Source: Podarcis muralis (Eukaryota). From it: a DNA stretch of 64,000 bases. Shown here in pieces: positions 61,528 through 64,000 of this stretch (positions are counted from its first letter, which is position 1; every line of letters starts with the position of its first letter). The notes under the pieces are model-generated. The model had not been told where the DNA came from and did no database searches. It saw nothing but the letters and a program-made list of their open reading frames with translations. The DNA lies in NCBI RefSeq assembly GCF_964188315.1, contig NC_135671.1:35898001-35962000 (forward strand), written 5' to 3'. The translations under genes were made by a program, and so were the position numbers.

Positions 61528-62179
61528 TGACTTATTAGTCACTTGTTATCTAAGAAGGCCTCCAAGAGACTTATATTTAAAAACATAAACAAGAGCACAT
61601 TATTCCATAAAATATGAATAGTCATTTTATTATTTTTTTTATTATTATAAAACTTTTATGTTTTTTACAGTAATTTGAAACAATCCTTCCCAGCTGCAAT
61701 AGAAAACTTTTGCATCACAATAATAATAAAACATAACACAGACCATCAAAAGTTGGGGGGGGGGGCGAGGTACATTTTTACCTGGTGCTGAAAATATGTC
61801 AGTGAGTGCCAGGCAGACCTCTGGAGAAAGCATTCCACTGTTGGGAAGCCAAAGCTGAAAAGGCCCTGTTCTTTGTCATCACCCTTCAAGTTTCCCTCAA
61901 AGGAGACCAGAAGAAGGGCCTCAAGTGAAGATAGAACAGTCTAGGGTTATACTGTGAGAGGCATAAAAAGCCGTAAAGAGATTTAAAAGTAAAAAAAAAA
62001 AACAGCACTTTGCATTGGGCTTGCAAGCAAATATATATGCAGCCAGTGTAATAGGAACAGTACTGGTATGCTTGCTTCAAACCTATGAGAAGTTAGGCTG
62101 CACTAATTGAAGCTTCTGCACTATATTCAAAGGCACCCTCACATAAAGCTCATTACAATAATCCAATCTTAAGGTTACC

Positions 62180-62640
62180 ATGTTGTTGGTATTTGTCTGT
62201 CTCAAGAGACAATGGAGTGTGCTGTGGGGGTGAAGTCAAACTGCTGCATTTACAGCACCAAAGTGACCTCCCCAGGGCACAAGCCTGGGCAGTGTTCATG
62301 GAGGTCCTGGGCTGCCCAGACGACAGGACCCCTCCCTCAACCTTAGCTGATGTGGTCCAGAAGAAAGCAGAGCAATATGTCTGGCACCAGCAGGAAAGAG
62401 GCATACAAGACGCCATCCAACCACCTTAGGGACTCCACTCCGGATTTGTGTAGGGTTTACTCTTTAGCCTTCTTTTCCTGAAGATAGCCTGCAAGGCAGT
62501 GGAGGGTTAGAATCAGTGTTTTCTCCCCCCCCCCCCCAATGAACTACCTTCCCAAGTTGATGAACCCCATCTGCCCCTCACTTCTCTCTACAGCATGTGC
62601 AGAAACTGCCTTCTTCACCATCGGATTCACTATTGGTCTC
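62180..62640 (+). mobile_element. Interspersed repeat (probable RTE/Bov-B-like LINE 5' region), copy 2
   Basis: Homologous to 42820-43200. Confidence 0.5.
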
Positions 62641-62914
62641 GTTCGTAGTGTTGTAAAAATCCTGCCAATTGCCCAGACCATCTCTGTATTCCACAGCTTT
62701 ATTAGGACTTCAAAATATGAGCCAGCCACACCAACTAGAAAACTCCCCAGAGCTCTCTGGAAACCAAGTGGATCCATGAGTGTACAAACTGCCACTTCAT
62801 ATACATTAGTTGATTGATATTTATTTTCCACTGTTGATAATCAGATGCTATAATAAGGCAACTGTGTTTTTTTCTAAAAGGGAAACATTTTCCAAATTGA
62901 TGCAAGAAAGGCTA

Positions 62915-63146
62915 GGTAAAGGGACCCCTGACCATTAGGTCCAGTCGTGACCGACTCGGGGTTGCGGCGCTCATCTCGCTTTATTGGCCGAGGGAGCCAG
63001 CGTACAGCTTCCGGGTCACGTGGCCAGCATGACTAAGCTGCTTCTGGTGAACCAGAGCAGCGCATGGAAACGCCATTTACCTTCCCGCCAGAGCAGTACC
63101 TATTTAGCTACTTGCACTTTGACGTGCTTTCGAACTGCTAGGTTGG
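62915..63146 (-). mobile_element. 5'-truncated Sauria SINE with 13-bp TSD
   Basis: TSD gcaagaaaggcta at 62902-62914 and 63146-63158. Confidence 0.88.
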
Positions 63147-64000
63147 CAAGAAAGGCTACTGCCACATCAATACAACATGCTACAGCTTGAGAAGACCCTC
63201 TAGTAATGTGTAACAGTGTGGGCCAAGATGCTCAAGCAGAATACATTTACAGCACACAACAGCATCCTTATTGTCATTTTGTGACATGTTGCAGGGCAGT
63301 TATTTTATTACAAATTCCAGAAAGCTAGCCGTGCCTGTTGCAACAGTCTTCTCATGCAAATTTACTCAGGGGCAAGTCCTATGTTCAGTGGTATTTCTTC
63401 CTTGTGCAAGTTTTTAAAGGAACAGCAACATTGAATGCAGTGGAACTTGTTTCGGGGTAAACATACATAAAGGTTTGGACTGAAGTCTGAGCACAAGGGA
63501 GCAAACTGCAGTCTAATGCAAAGCCCTCCAAGCAAACTGACAGAAAATGGAGCAGTGGCGGGAACCCTGCAAGACTACCATGGCAACAGCCTCTTTTAGA
63601 AGGCAATGTCATAAATCTCATAGTATCAGGTTTCCTGCGTTAGTAATGAAAAGGTTGGTAATGCTTTTTTGAGGTTACGATGCACGAGGTGATGAATTTC
63701 AGTAGTTATGAGCTATCTGGGTCCCATTTGCAAGTGGTCCATTCAATTTAATGTCGTGGGGGAAAGCTAGAAATATGTAGGAATTTGCTCCCGAAAGCAA
63801 GAGTTAAGAAATGATCTTTATAGGGAACAGCTAACATGTCCACGGAATAGAGAGCAAGCTGTTGACGGTGGCTGCTTCGGTGCTACCGAGTATTGCAATT
63901 TCTGGAATCGCGTTCTTTATCCATGGCTTTTTCATTTTGAGTGCAGACGGTATCGTCTGGCCTACGTCCACATATGCAGAAGGGCGCTGCGGGCCTCGGG

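Noticed and set aside
1444-63621. Most of the remaining 60-180-aa ORFs in the track
   Set aside because: They map to Sauria SINEs, MITEs, LINE fragments or microsatellites (poly-M, -Y, -S, -HT) and lack domain motifs or splice support.

Overview
A 64-kb piece of squamate (lizard, probably lacertid) nuclear DNA. The taxon call rests on about 12 Sauria SINE copies and squamate-type L1/L2/CR1/MITE repeats. Six intact spliced genes can be reconstructed by hand with canonical GT-AG junctions and consistent phases. Four are c-type lysozyme-family paralogues: A (-) 615-6856, B (+) 11573-15784, C (-) 30375-36025 and D (-) 40650-48327. They differ in catalytic residues (A: Glu35/Ser52; B and C: Glu35/Asp52; D: Ala35/Glu52), all four mature proteins are net acidic, and none carries the full three-Asp Ca-binding loop. 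Between B and C lies a three-exon, non-rearranging immunoglobulin light-chain-like gene (24773-29351 +) with leader, germline-fused V+J, a C1 domain, a C-terminal Cys and no transmembrane segment. The pituitary homeobox gene PROP1 (54888-59750 +) follows the cluster. The most interesting system is this lysozyme/pseudo-lysozyme array with an embedded pre-joined VJ-C1 antigen-receptor-like gene next to PROP1. Family comparisons are from recalled reference sequences and need checking by alignment and phylogeny.
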